From: an uncultured Pelagibacteraceae bacterium
Lineage (GTDB): Bacteria > Pseudomonadota > Alphaproteobacteria > Pelagibacterales > Pelagibacteraceae
Reading direction: 5' to 3'
Assembly: GCA_902581775.1 (NCBI GenBank)
Contig: CACHPJ010000001.1
Coordinates: 90,715-154,714 of the forward strand
DNA length: 64,000 bases
The translations under genes and the position numbers were made by a program. The notes beneath the pieces are model-generated. The model ran no database searches. It was not told where the DNA came from and saw only the letters and a list, made by a program, of their open reading frames with translations. Every line of letters begins with the position of its first letter. Within the stretch, counting starts at the first letter, position 1. Shown here piece after piece: positions 20,990 through 31,337 of the stretch.

Positions 20990-21323
20990 TTGATTTTATC
21001 TTTTCTTCTTTGCTAAAGTACTCTTTACTAGTATCTAATCTTTTATATTTAATAGTTAAGCATCTTAAAACTGAGCTATCAAGGCTTGTATTTTTTTTTA
21101 TTTCTTCTAATGTTTTGGAGTTACCCTCGAATTTGTAGTGTATGTAAAAACCTTTATTATAATTTTTAATTCTTCTTGCAAAATTTAACAATCCCCACTT
21201 TTCAACTTTAACGACTTTTCCAGAGCTTTTATTAATCAGATCGTTGTATTTATCCTCTATCTTTTTTAAATCAATAGTTGATAAGTCCTGCTTTGCTATC
21301 AATGTATGTTCATAAAAATTCAT
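20973..21323 (-). CDS. rpsF: 30S ribosomal protein S6
   Basis: [32 protein letters not shown]. Confidence 0.95.
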   Translation of the reverse strand: MNFYEHTLIAKQDLSTIDLKKIEDKYNDLINKSSGKVVKVEKWGLLNFARRIKNYNKGFYIHYKFEGNSKTLEEIKKNTSLDSSVLRCLTIKYKRLDTSKEYFSKEEKIKSNEEKK

Positions 21324-21365
21324 TATTTTCTCGCTTTATAAAGTTTTCTTATATTAAAGACAGGT

Positions 21366-21394
21366 TTTATACTATTATAAACTTCCCATTTCAA
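21366..21394 (-). promoter_or_regulatory. Candidate sigma70 promoter of the rpsF operon
   Basis: Minus strand TTGAAA-N17-TATAAA, 42 nt upstream of the rpsF start. Confidence 0.55.
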
Positions 21395-21427
21395 CAGTAA
21401 TATAATAAAAAAATATTAAATTATTAA

Positions 21428-22366
21428 ATGAAAGCTCTCTTATTTCCAGGTCAAGGTTCTCAAAGTGTAGGTATGGGATCTGAATTTTATAAGAATTTTG
21501 ATATTGTTAAAAAAATTTTTGAAGAGGCTGATGAAAAGTTAGGATTTAAAATTTCAAAAATTATTCTTGAAGGTCCTGATACCGAGCTTAAATTAACAAA
21601 AAATACTCAACCAGCGATTTTAATTATAAGCTACTCAATATTCAAAGTTTTAGAAAACGAATTTGGATTAGAAAAAAAAAAAATTAAATATTTTGCAGGT
21701 CATTCGCTTGGCGAATATAGTGCTTTGGTTTGTTCTAATTCTTTAAACTTCAGAGATGCATTATTTCTATTACATGAAAGAGGAAAAGCTATGCAGGAGG
21801 CTGTTCCCCTGGGAGATGGATCTATGTTAGCAGTTTTAGGTGTAAATATTGAAGAAATTAATAATTTTATTTCTAAAATTTCAGAAAAAAAGGTTTGCGA
21901 GATTGCTAATGACAATGCAGATGGACAAATTATTATAAGTGGAGAAACTAAAGCTATCGATGAATTAAAAACTATTTTAAAAAACAATAATAAAAAAAAT
22001 ATTTTATTACCAGTAAGTGCTCCGTTTCATTGTTCATTGATGCAAAGTGCAGCTAAAAAAATGAAAAATAAAATTAATCCAATAATATTCAAAAAACCTG
22101 ATTTAGAAACAATTAGTAATGTAACCGCCTTACCAGAGAAAGATCCTGATAAAATTAAAAAATTACTAGTAGAGCAAATATATAGCAAAGTTAGATGGAG
22201 AGAGAGTATTATAAACATATCAAAAAAAGGAATAACTGACTTTATTGAAATTGGTCCTGGAAAAGTCTTGTCAGGGTTAGTTAAAAGAATTATAAAAGGT
22301 AGTAATACTATGAGTATTAATTCAGTTGAAGAAATAAAAAAAATAATTGATGAATTTAAAAAATAA
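21428..22366 (+). CDS. fabD: Malonyl-CoA:ACP transacylase
   Basis: FPGQGSQ, TQPAI, GHSLGEY, VSAPFH, EIGPGKVL. Confidence 0.97.
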   Translation: MKALLFPGQGSQSVGMGSEFYKNFDIVKKIFEEADEKLGFKISKIILEGPDTELKLTKNTQPAILIISYSIFKVLENEFGLEKKKIKYFAGHSLGEYSALVCSNSLNFRDALFLLHERGKAMQEAVPLGDGSMLAVLGVNIEEINNFISKISEKKVCEIANDNADGQIIISGETKAIDELKTILKNNNKKNILLPVSAPFHCSLMQSAAKKMKNKINPIIFKKPDLETISNVTALPEKDPDKIKKLLVEQIYSKVRWRESIINISKKGITDFIEIGPGKVLSGLVKRIIKGSNTMSINSVEEIKKIIDEFKK

Positions 22367-23081
22367 AAAAGTAATAATTACTGGAGCTACAGGTGGTATT
22401 GGAAATAGTCTGGTTAAAAAATTTCACGAAAGTGGAGCTTTAATTTTAGCCACAGGAACAAAGGAAGAAAAATTAAATAAACTTAAAGATAATTTTAGCA
22501 ACATACGTATTGAAAAATTTAATTTAGACGATCATCAAGAAATTGACTCATTTATAGAGTCTGCCTGTAATAAGCTTAATGGTTTAGATGTCCTTATTAA
22601 TAATGCAGGAATAACCTTAGATAGTTTGACAATAAGACTTTCTGAAGAAAACTGGAAAAAAGTTCTAGATATCAACTTAACTTCAACTTTTTTAATGTGT
22701 AAATCATCAATTAAAAAGATGATTAAAAATAAATCTGGCAAAATTATTAATATTACATCAATAGTAGGGCATACTGGAAATTTTGGCCAAGCAAATTATT
22801 CCGCCTCTAAAGCAGGAATAGTTGCCTTCTCTAAAAGTTTAGCACTCGAATATGCAAAAAAAAATATTAATATAAATTGTATTTCACCTGGTTTTATTAA
22901 AACCGAAATGACAGATAAAATTCCTGAAGAATATAAAAAATTGTTAATAAACAAAATTCCCGCAGGGGATTTAGGAACAGGAGATGATGTATCTAATTGT
23001 GCAGCTTTTTTAGCTTCAGATATGGCTAATTATATAAATGGTGAAACCATTCATGTTAATGGTGGAATGTATATGGCTTGA
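22350..23081 (+). CDS. fabG: 3-oxoacyl-ACP reductase
   Basis: TGATGGIG, NNAGIT, NYSASK, VNGGMYM; between fabD and acpP. Confidence 0.96.
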   Translation: MNLKNKKVIITGATGGIGNSLVKKFHESGALILATGTKEEKLNKLKDNFSNIRIEKFNLDDHQEIDSFIESACNKLNGLDVLINNAGITLDSLTIRLSEENWKKVLDINLTSTFLMCKSSIKKMIKNKSGKIINITSIVGHTGNFGQANYSASKAGIVAFSKSLALEYAKKNININCISPGFIKTEMTDKIPEEYKKLLINKIPAGDLGTGDDVSNCAAFLASDMANYINGETIHVNGGMYMA

Positions 23082-23105
23082 CAAACTCAATGAATAATTT
23101 AATAA
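23078..23105 (+). promoter_or_regulatory. Candidate dedicated acpP promoter
   Basis: Perfect TTGACA (23078-23083) overlapping the fabG stop codon, TAATAA 16 nt later; SD AAGGA at 23131-23135. Confidence 0.45.
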
Positions 23106-23140
23106 GAATTTTAATATAAAAATCAAAAATAAGGATTTAA

Positions 23141-23383
23141 ATGTCAAAAGATATAAATTCAAAAGTTAAGAAAATAGTCGCCGATCATTTGGGCGTTGAA
23201 GAGGAAAAAGTAACCGACGAAGCAAGTTTTATTGATGATCTTGGTGCTGATAGTTTAGATACTGTAGAATTAGTTATGGCTTTCGAAGAGGAATTTGGTT
23301 CTGAAATTTCCGATAGTGAAGCTGAAAAGATTTTAACAGTAGGGGATGCAATTAAATTTATTGAGAGTAAATCGACTCAATAA
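23141..23383 (+). CDS. acpP: Acyl carrier protein
   Basis: [21 protein letters not shown]. Confidence 0.99.
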   Translation: MSKDINSKVKKIVADHLGVEEEKVTDEASFIDDLGADSLDTVELVMAFEEEFGSEISDSEAEKILTVGDAIKFIESKSTQ

Positions 23384-23397
23384 TTTTAAATTTTTAG

Positions 23398-23994
23398 ATG
23401 AAACAAAAACATGACATTGTCATGCTAGTTCTATCTTCTCCCTCTGGCGCTGGAAAGACTACAATCTCAAAAAAAATTCAACAGAAATATCCTAACTTTA
23501 AAATTTCAGTATCGCATACAACAAGAAAACCAAGACCCAATGAAGTAGATGGAGTAGATTACCATTTCGTAGATAAAAAAAAGTTTAAGGATTTAGTGAA
23601 TGATAATCAATTTTATGAATTCGCTGAAATTTTTGGCAATTACTACGGAACTTCAAAAAAATCAATTAAAGATTTACAAGAAAAAAATTACAATATTTTA
23701 TTCGACATAGATTGGCAAGGAACTCAACAATTAGCTAAATTTAAAGATCTAGATTTATTAAAAGTTTTTATTTTGCCACCAAATAAAAATGAACTTGAAA
23801 ACAGACTATCACTTAGAAATCAAGATAAAGAGGAAGTGGTTAAGCAGAGATTAAAACATTATTCAGATGATATTTTGCATTGGCATGACTACGATTACGT
23901 AGTTATAAATGACAACTTAGAAAATTGTTTTAAACAAATAGAAAAAATTATTGAGGACAATACTTCATTTTCTCTCAACGATTTTCTCAAATAA
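23398..23994 (+). CDS. gmk: Guanylate kinase
   Basis: SSPSGAGKTT, SVSHTTRKPRPNEVDGVDYHF, YYGT, DIDWQG. Confidence 0.97.
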   Translation: MKQKHDIVMLVLSSPSGAGKTTISKKIQQKYPNFKISVSHTTRKPRPNEVDGVDYHFVDKKKFKDLVNDNQFYEFAEIFGNYYGTSKKSIKDLQEKNYNILFDIDWQGTQQLAKFKDLDLLKVFILPPNKNELENRLSLRNQDKEEVVKQRLKHYSDDILHWHDYDYVVINDNLENCFKQIEKIIEDNTSFSLNDFLK

Positions 23995-24765
23995 TTGAGT
24001 GATTTTATAATAACTATTCTCTGAGATTTCAGAAGGTCTTAATAAAAGGTTAAGATTTAGTTTGGAAATAACTACTTTATTTTTATTAAAAATAATATCT
24101 AAAGGTTTATTTATCATCTTCCTTTTTTTTGAAAAAAATATCTGAGTAATTTTCTCTAAATTTTTCAGATTTTTGATCTTATGGCTTAATTTTTTTTTTG
24201 GTTGAAAAAGTAGAACTGTAGAGTTTATTTTTGGTCTTGGAAAAAAACAATTATTGGAAACATCGAAGCATTTATTGACATTTAATTTAAATTTCGTAAT
24301 TATGGATAATCTACCGTAATCTTTTTCTTTAGAGTTTGCTATAATTTTATCACCAACCTCTTTCTGAAACATAAATATTAATTTTGAATAAAGTGGAGGC
24401 CAGCTATCTTGTCTTAAAAATTTTATAAGAATTTGTGATGAAATATTATATGGAAGATTTCCAAATACTATAGAGCCTTTTTTAACTATTTTCTTTAAGT
24501 CTAATTCAAGTAAATCTTTATTAATAATCGTAACATTATTATGATTGATAAATTTTTTTTTTAGTATTTCGACTAATCCATTATCTTTTTCAATTAAAAT
24601 TAATTTTTTAGGTTTACATTTGATAATATTTTGAGACAAATTTCCTGACCCGGGTCCTATTTCAACAATATCTTTATTATTAATTTGAGTAATTGAAGTA
24701 ATTTTTTTTATTATATTTTGATCTATTAAAAAATTTTGTCCTAGAGATTTTTTATAATTTAACAT
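23965..24765 (-). CDS. rsmA: 16S rRNA dimethyladenosine transferase KsgA
   Basis: KSLGQNFL, EIGPG.G, GNLPYNI, MFQKEV, YGRLSI. Confidence 0.96.
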   Translation of the reverse strand: MLNYKKSLGQNFLIDQNIIKKITSITQINNKDIVEIGPGSGNLSQNIIKCKPKKLILIEKDNGLVEILKKKFINHNNVTIINKDLLELDLKKIVKKGSIVFGNLPYNISSQILIKFLRQDSWPPLYSKLIFMFQKEVGDKIIANSKEKDYGRLSIITKFKLNVNKCFDVSNNCFFPRPKINSTVLLFQPKKKLSHKIKNLKNLEKITQIFFSKKRKMINKPLDIIFNKNKVVISKLNLNLLLRPSEISENSYYKITQLFEKIVERK

Positions 24766-25717
24766 TACTTTTTCTTAAAATGAATTTTATACATTCTTCC
24801 AAACTTTGAGAATTGGCTTTATTTTTTTTTATTAAGTCTTCCGCAGTCCCATGATCTGGCGATCCCCTTAAATAATTCAAACCAAATGTTAAATTAATTG
24901 CTTTGAAATTATTTAATGATTTAAAAGACGGTAAAATTTGATCATGGTACATTCCAACTATAACATCAAAATATTTTGTATTTAAAAAAATTGTATCTGC
25001 AGAAAAAGGACCAGAAATATTGATTTTTTTTTTTAAAATCTTTATTGCCGGAATAATTATTTTTTTTTCTTCTGAGTTTGATTTAAATTCACTGTTATGA
25101 GGATTTAATCCCAAAATAGCAATTTTGGGTTTTTTTTTTAATATTTTTTTGTAATATTTGTTTAAAATATTAACTTTAGTCAAAATTAGTTGTTTTGAAA
25201 TTTTTTTCGACACGTATTTCAAGCTTATGTGAGTGGTTAAAGGTACAACTGAAATATCTTTATTATATAAAAACATTACTTCATTATTTTGTTTTTTATG
25301 CTTTTTCGATAAATACTCTGTAACTCCTTGATTTGAATTTTTAAAAACTTTTCTTTTATTTATTGGGCAGTTAATAAATCCTAAGATTTTTTTACTAAAT
25401 GCTAATTTATGAGCTAAGTCTAATGAGTTTAAAATATATCTCCTGGACTCGTTGTTTTTAAAAGAAAAAGGTTTTTTAAATTTTAAAGGAATATCTATAA
25501 TTTGTAGTTTATTATTGTTAGATAGAAATTTGATATTTTTTATTTTTTCTAAGGGTAATTTTTTTTTAATTATTTTTAATTGTTTTTTTAATAATTCATA
25601 ATTACCTATCAAAAAAATTTTTTTTTTAGAAATCTTATCTAATTTAGACCATGATTTTGCAATAATCTCTGAGTTTATACTTTCCGGTTCTCCTATAACA
25701 ATAGCAAGTTTTTTCAT
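24752..25717 (-). CDS. pdxA: 4-hydroxythreonine-4-phosphate dehydrogenase
   Basis: TTHI, GLNPH, GMYHDQ, SPDHGTA; surA-pdxA-rsmA order. Confidence 0.92.
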   Translation of the reverse strand: MKKLAIVIGEPESINSEIIAKSWSKLDKISKKKIFLIGNYELLKKQLKIIKKKLPLEKIKNIKFLSNNNKLQIIDIPLKFKKPFSFKNNESRRYILNSLDLAHKLAFSKKILGFINCPINKRKVFKNSNQGVTEYLSKKHKKQNNEVMFLYNKDISVVPLTTHISLKYVSKKISKQLILTKVNILNKYYKKILKKKPKIAILGLNPHNSEFKSNSEEKKIIIPAIKILKKKINISGPFSADTIFLNTKYFDVIVGMYHDQILPSFKSLNNFKAINLTFGLNYLRGSPDHGTAEDLIKKNKANSQSLEECIKFILRKSNVKL

Positions 25718-26655
25718 TTATTTAACTCAATTAATGTATTATTTTCAACATTTGCAAGGTGCGATCTTGAAAACAAATTTAATTTTTCATTTTTCTTTTT
25801 ATTAATTATTTGCTCTTTTAGTTTTTTTAAGTCAGGGTTTTTTAAAATATTGTATCTTAAGTCATTGATTTTTAAAAATACAATTGATTCTTTATCTGTT
25901 ATCGCGTTAGAAATTTCTCCTTTTTCTAATTTTTTGAGCTCATTCAAATAATTTGATGATAAGCTTTTTTCAGAAATCCAGCCTAAATTACCAAAATTAT
26001 TTTTAGTCGGAGAGGTACTAAACTTTATTATTGCTGAATTAAAACCTTCGTTTTGAATCACTTTTTTTATATTTTTTATTAGTTCATCCATATTTTCTTG
26101 TGATACATTCAGCTGTATTTCTGAAATGTTATATTCTTTTATTTTATTTTCCATATTCATTAATTTTTCAAGCTCATTATCTACCTCAATCATATTTATA
26201 TTAATCTGATTTTTGTATAATGAAAAAATTACTGAATTCCAAAGTAAATTCGTCTTATATCTATCTTCGAATAATTCATAATTTAAATCATTTTCTTTAA
26301 AAAAAGTTTTTAAACCAGATTTTTGGACATTTAAAGCATTTGAAATTTTGATCAAATAGTTATCCAAGTCATCTCTATTGAATCTATCTTCATTATATTT
26401 TTCAACTTCATTTTTTTTTAAATAATAGTTCTTAAGTGCATTCAATGCAGAGTTTTTACTCATATTAATATTATTTTGTGATACCTCTCTTCCGTTTAAT
26501 ATTAGATTTATTAAAATTTCATTTCTTAAATCTCCTTCTGTAATTATATAATTACCTACTTTGAGAACTATAGAATTTTCAATCTTACAATAAACATTAT
26601 TTGTAAATGAAAATAAAAATATCAATAAACAAAATATTTTTAAATTAGACTTCAT
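25714..26655 (-). CDS. surA: SurA-like periplasmic chaperone / parvulin-domain protein
   Basis: Signal peptide, IVLKVGNYIIT, FGNLGWI parvulin remnant; between lptD and pdxA. Confidence 0.78.
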   Translation of the reverse strand: MKSNLKIFCLLIFLFSFTNNVYCKIENSIVLKVGNYIITEGDLRNEILINLILNGREVSQNNINMSKNSALNALKNYYLKKNEVEKYNEDRFNRDDLDNYLIKISNALNVQKSGLKTFFKENDLNYELFEDRYKTNLLWNSVIFSLYKNQININMIEVDNELEKLMNMENKIKEYNISEIQLNVSQENMDELIKNIKKVIQNEGFNSAIIKFSTSPTKNNFGNLGWISEKSLSSNYLNELKKLEKGEISNAITDKESIVFLKINDLRYNILKNPDLKKLKEQIINKKKNEKLNLFSRSHLANVENNTLIELNK

Positions 26656-28994
26656 CTGTCAAATTTTGGACTATTTATATCTCCAAATGGAATTAATGAA
26701 ATAGTAAACATAATTGAATTGTCAGGCTCTATATCTCTGTCTGTATAAAATTCTCTTCTATATAAAATACCAGCTTTTAAACAATCGTTAATATAATTAT
26801 AACTTAAATTATAGAATTCTGCAGAATTTGTTAAAAGATTCCTTTTGGTGGCGAATCCAATGCTGCCAGAGTCACTTAAATTTACCTCTAGGTCAGTTTT
26901 TAAATACTCCTGATTTCCTATATGATTTTTTTCTTCTAAATATCCAATATTGAATTTAGTGTTCTTAGTTATAAAATCTGATGATATTTCATTGTAATTA
27001 AAATCATTATAATTTTGATCTATAGAAAAATTATAATTTAACTTCAAATTTTTACTTATTGAAAAACTTGAATCACCAACTACATCTGAAAATCTTTGAT
27101 TCAACGAAGTTTTTGGATGTATTTTTTCATTTTCTTCTGAATTAATTATTTGTCCAATTCCAAATGAAAGTTTTTCCTCTCCAATAGTTTTATCATTTAA
27201 TAAATTACTTTTTTTATACTCAAACCCAAAGGCAGTACTTAAGCCAGTTTCAATTACGTCAATGTCTTGTGTCTTGTTAAAATTGAATAAATTTGAATAT
27301 TTTAGAGGGCTTCCAGTATTCAATTTTCTCATATGACCAGGAGCATACCTAATCATAAGTTTAGGTTTAATAAGATGATTATTTTTCGCCATTTCATCGT
27401 TTTTATAAAAAGATAAGTTTGCAAGATAACCAAAGGCAGCTGATATCTCAGAGTTTAAATCATCTGTTTTATAATTATCAGCATTTTTTGCTTCATAATT
27501 GACAGTCTTAAATAAAGTTTTTAATTGATTTTGAATCCCGTAATAACTGTTCCATTTATTTGACTGCCATTCGAAATCATTTACGAATAGTTCAGTCTGC
27601 TTATTTACATCATAGTTTCTAACTCTAAAATTAGATGCGAGATCCATGACACCATATTTTTCGTCTACAAATAAGTTTTTATTAAATGTTAAGTAGGGTA
27701 AAATATATTCATACTTAGAATTATTTTCGACAGTTAGATCATCATAAGCACTCAAAGTAGCACCAAAATATAAATCTTCTTTTTGATAATCAAACTCGAT
27801 ATTATTTTCTAAAACATCAATCTCATTTTTTGCTAACAATGTATCTATATCATGAGCTTTAAGATAAGTGTCATTCGAAGTGGTTTGTATATCGAAATTA
27901 AAATTAGTTATTGAATTGTCATCATTAAAAAGAGATCTGCTATATTTTGAAAAAAAATGTGTACGAGAACCTTCAGTTTTTACTGCGGTGTTATTTTTAT
28001 AGCCTTTAGTATATCCACTATCTAATATTAAATAAGAATTTTTAAAAGATTGACGGTACTCAGCCAACATCAAAGGATTTTCTCTTCCATATATTTTTGG
28101 AGTAAGGGTAATATCTTTATCATTTGCGATGTTGAGATAATAAGGAATTGTTACACTTGCTCCAAGACTTGTACTATCATTAAAAGAAGGAATTAAAAAT
28201 CCTGATCTTCTTTTGACTGAGGGATCTGGATGTGACAAAACCGGAAAATAGAAAATCGGAAAGTCATAAACTTTTAAAGTTGCATTATCATAATAAATTG
28301 TTTTATTAGCATTATTGTGTCTAATCTTATCTGATCTTATTTCCCACGCAGGACATTTTTCACCCTTTTTTTTCTTACAATATGTAAAAACACCTTTCTG
28401 AAATTCACTTCCAGTTTTGGTAATCACAGCACTATTTGAAAAAAATCGTGGTTCATTTTTTTCATTAATCTTAAAATCTGACTGATTTAAAAAAGCTTTT
28501 ACATCAGTGCCAACAATTTTATTTTTTTTTTCGTCAATGTATATTTCTGAGAAAAAATAATTATTTTTATTAACATCATTAACTTCAATTTGCCCCTTTG
28601 AAAAAAACATATTGTTTTTTATAGAATATTGAAAATTTTGAACATCTATTGTATTTCCATCAATATCTAGAACTTTGGCCGGATTTTCAGAGTAGATTTT
28701 TTTATTAATATTGTCAAAAAAAATTGTTGATCCAAATATTTGATATTTATTTTCTGTTGTTATTTCTGTATTAGATAAAGTTTTAAGCAACTGTTTGTCT
28801 TTTTCATAAATTGCCTCATTAGTTTTTAGAATATTGTTACTAATATCTTTTGCTTTAACATTACCAGTAAATTTTACTTCTTGACTATCTTTGAATACTT
28901 TTATTTTATTAGAGTTAATATCTAACTCATTTGAATAGAGATGAGTTTTAAAAAAAAATAATATTAATATAAATAAAATAAATTTATTTTTCAT
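26652..28994 (-). CDS. lptD: LPS assembly outer-membrane protein LptD
   Basis: FTYC...CPAWEI, PIFYFP..SHPDPSVKRRSGFLIP, C-terminal Y.NDC; extended LptA-like N-terminus. Confidence 0.9.
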   Translation of the reverse strand: MKNKFILFILILFFFKTHLYSNELDINSNKIKVFKDSQEVKFTGNVKAKDISNNILKTNEAIYEKDKQLLKTLSNTEITTENKYQIFGSTIFFDNINKKIYSENPAKVLDIDGNTIDVQNFQYSIKNNMFFSKGQIEVNDVNKNNYFFSEIYIDEKKNKIVGTDVKAFLNQSDFKINEKNEPRFFSNSAVITKTGSEFQKGVFTYCKKKKGEKCPAWEIRSDKIRHNNANKTIYYDNATLKVYDFPIFYFPVLSHPDPSVKRRSGFLIPSFNDSTSLGASVTIPYYLNIANDKDITLTPKIYGRENPLMLAEYRQSFKNSYLILDSGYTKGYKNNTAVKTEGSRTHFFSKYSRSLFNDDNSITNFNFDIQTTSNDTYLKAHDIDTLLAKNEIDVLENNIEFDYQKEDLYFGATLSAYDDLTVENNSKYEYILPYLTFNKNLFVDEKYGVMDLASNFRVRNYDVNKQTELFVNDFEWQSNKWNSYYGIQNQLKTLFKTVNYEAKNADNYKTDDLNSEISAAFGYLANLSFYKNDEMAKNNHLIKPKLMIRYAPGHMRKLNTGSPLKYSNLFNFNKTQDIDVIETGLSTAFGFEYKKSNLLNDKTIGEEKLSFGIGQIINSEENEKIHPKTSLNQRFSDVVGDSSFSISKNLKLNYNFSIDQNYNDFNYNEISSDFITKNTKFNIGYLEEKNHIGNQEYLKTDLEVNLSDSGSIGFATKRNLLTNSAEFYNLSYNYINDCLKAGILYRREFYTDRDIEPDNSIMFTISLIPFGDINSPKFDR

Positions 28995-30072
28995 TTATTT
29001 GTATAACTCCTATTGAGCAGAATAAACCAATTGCTATTATTGGCATCCATATAGATAACATTAAAGAAATTCTGTTAGTCTCCGCTAGAGCCATTGATAA
29101 ATCTTTAAAAAAATAAATAACAACACAAGAAATTATAGCAATAAAAATATAATATAAGTTTTGCGTTTTTCTGATTGAGCCCAGCGTAAAAATTGAAGCT
29201 AAAACTACCATTAAAAATAAAAAAATAGGCAATGAAAGAGAGTCGTTCAATTTTTTACTTAGCAGCTTTTTTGTGTATCCTTTTTTAATATATTCATCGT
29301 ATTCAGTTATTAAACTTACAAAAGATATTGTATCTAAATTTTTATATAATGAATTTAATTTAGCTTCATTGAAGTTTGAAGTAATTTCGTAATATTTAGA
29401 CTCCTTTAAGTCATATAAATCGTTACTAAATTCATAAATTTTAACATCATTTAAGATCCACAATTTATTTGAAATATCAGCATTTTTTGACTCAAGCCTT
29501 TTTTTAATTTTTTTATTTTTATCAAACTCATAAATTGTAATATTTTTTAAAAAACTACTCTCCAAACTTTTTGCTTTGGTTATTCTAAAATTTCCATTAT
29601 TAATTTCTTTTATCCAAACCCCATTTTTATTAATTGACACTAAATGATCAATATCCTTAGAATATGTAGCCTTCGTTTTTTCATAAAATTTTATCATGAC
29701 TGACGTCACAGGAGTAATTGCAAATAAAATTAAAAAACCAAAAATTAAAGCCGTGCTTGAAAGCAATAAAATTATTTTCCAATTAGAAAAACCAAATACC
29801 TTTAAAGAAAGTAGATCGTTATTTGATTGAAGAGATAGAAAATAATACATCGATGCCAAAAAAATTGCAAAAGGCATTAATTTTATTAAAAGATTTGGTA
29901 CGTACATTATTGTTAAAAGAAAAGGTAAGCCTAATCCAATATTTAAATTTTTGAAAAAATTAATTTCTTCAAATAAATTTAAAATTATACCAAAACAAAA
30001 AATTATCAACAGAGTATTTAAAACAATTTTTAAGAAATTTAGAGTTATATATTTATAAAGAATTTTATTCAT
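28984..30072 (-). CDS. lptG: LPS export ABC permease, LptG-like
   Basis: YjgP/YjgQ topology (3 TM, periplasmic domain, 3 TM); second of the pair, before lptD. Confidence 0.8.
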   Translation of the reverse strand: MNKILYKYITLNFLKIVLNTLLIIFCFGIILNLFEEINFFKNLNIGLGLPFLLTIMYVPNLLIKLMPFAIFLASMYYFLSLQSNNDLLSLKVFGFSNWKIILLLSSTALIFGFLILFAITPVTSVMIKFYEKTKATYSKDIDHLVSINKNGVWIKEINNGNFRITKAKSLESSFLKNITIYEFDKNKKIKKRLESKNADISNKLWILNDVKIYEFSNDLYDLKESKYYEITSNFNEAKLNSLYKNLDTISFVSLITEYDEYIKKGYTKKLLSKKLNDSLSLPIFLFLMVVLASIFTLGSIRKTQNLYYIFIAIISCVVIYFFKDLSMALAETNRISLMLSIWMPIIAIGLFCSIGVIQINEK

Positions 30073-31205
30073 TTTTTTATTTTTTCACTTCGCATAGATT
30101 TCAAGAGAATAAAGTATGTGATAGGCAAAACCACAATAGGAGTTATAAAGTAGGTTATAAAGCTAAAAAATGAAAATCCTGAATACCTGACAAAAATTTC
30201 AGCCCATATTAAGATTAAAAAACTTATTAAAAAGTATAAATATGGTTTTGAAGATTTTTTTTTATTTTTTCTATTTGTAACTAATAAAAAAGAACTTATC
30301 AAAGTAATCAATGGAATATAAAATGGCATACCCAACCTTCTTGAAATAGTCTCAACAACATCTTTTTTTACATTTTTAGGACAATTAAGAAGAATTTCAA
30401 AATTATCTTTTCTAAAAACACAATTAATTAATATAAGTGTTGATGTTTCTTGAAGTTTTGGAAGAATTATGGATCTAGAAGCGAGCTGGTCAAGTAATAA
30501 AGTAGTTTTTTCAAAATTGATATTATTTATTTCTCCATCTAGTTTTTGAGTCTGTATCAAGCCATTAAACATGATTAATTTTGAATCTTTAAAGAATCCG
30601 CTTTGTGCAATTATAGTTGTATTATTAGAATTTTTTTGTTCTGAAATTATACTTTTAAAAACCTGATTTTCATCTCTAATAAAAATATTTTTCATCATAT
30701 TATCTTCAATTTTGTCTACGTAAAAAGTTACTCCCTTTAAAGAATCGCTAAAGTCATTTGTTTTAACTACAGAAGATATAGATTCTAAACCTGAAGTTTT
30801 AATAATCGTCCTAGATTTATTCAATGCCGAAGGTGTTATAAATGTGGCGAATAAAAGTTGAATAACCAACACAATTATCGAAACGTATAAAAGTAAATTT
30901 ACAAGCTTTATCTTGTTTAAACCTGTAGTCCATAAAATTATTAATTCATTTTGTCTTTCAAATTTTATTAAAGATAATATTAGAGACAAGAGAAAAGCTA
31001 GAGGTATAAATTTTGTAATTATATTAGTTATATTAAAAAGTGAAAATGATAGGTATGTTATTACAGAATGACCATCTTCTACAATTAAATCAAGAAAGTT
31101 AACCGCTCTAACTGTCCAAGCAATAGTTGTAAAAGCGAACAAAATAGTCAAAAATGATTTAAGTATTTCTGCGGTAAAGTATCTGTAAATTTTGTTTTTT
31201 AGCAT
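30069..31205 (-). CDS. lptF: LPS export ABC permease, LptF-like
   Basis: YjgP/YjgQ topology, NELIILWTTG; divergent from pepA. Confidence 0.8.
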   Translation of the reverse strand: MLKNKIYRYFTAEILKSFLTILFAFTTIAWTVRAVNFLDLIVEDGHSVITYLSFSLFNITNIITKFIPLAFLLSLILSLIKFERQNELIILWTTGLNKIKLVNLLLYVSIIVLVIQLLFATFITPSALNKSRTIIKTSGLESISSVVKTNDFSDSLKGVTFYVDKIEDNMMKNIFIRDENQVFKSIISEQKNSNNTTIIAQSGFFKDSKLIMFNGLIQTQKLDGEINNINFEKTTLLLDQLASRSIILPKLQETSTLILINCVFRKDNFEILLNCPKNVKKDVVETISRRLGMPFYIPLITLISSFLLVTNRKNKKKSSKPYLYFLISFLILIWAEIFVRYSGFSFFSFITYFITPIVVLPITYFILLKSMRSEKIKK

Positions 31206-31281
31206 AAGAAATTGATATATATAAATAATGCAACTTTAATTAAAACTCAACCTATGATAGTACACTATGACTAATATTCCA

Positions 31282-31310
31282 TTGAAATATGATGTATTTG
31301 AACATATATA
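31282..31310 (+). promoter_or_regulatory. Candidate pepA promoter (sigma70- or RpoH-like)
   Basis: TTGAAA-N17-TATATA; also reads as TTG-N18-CATATAT, resembling alphaproteobacterial RpoH sites. Confidence 0.35.
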
Positions 31311-31337
31311 CCATTCAGCTCTATTTATTTAAAACAT

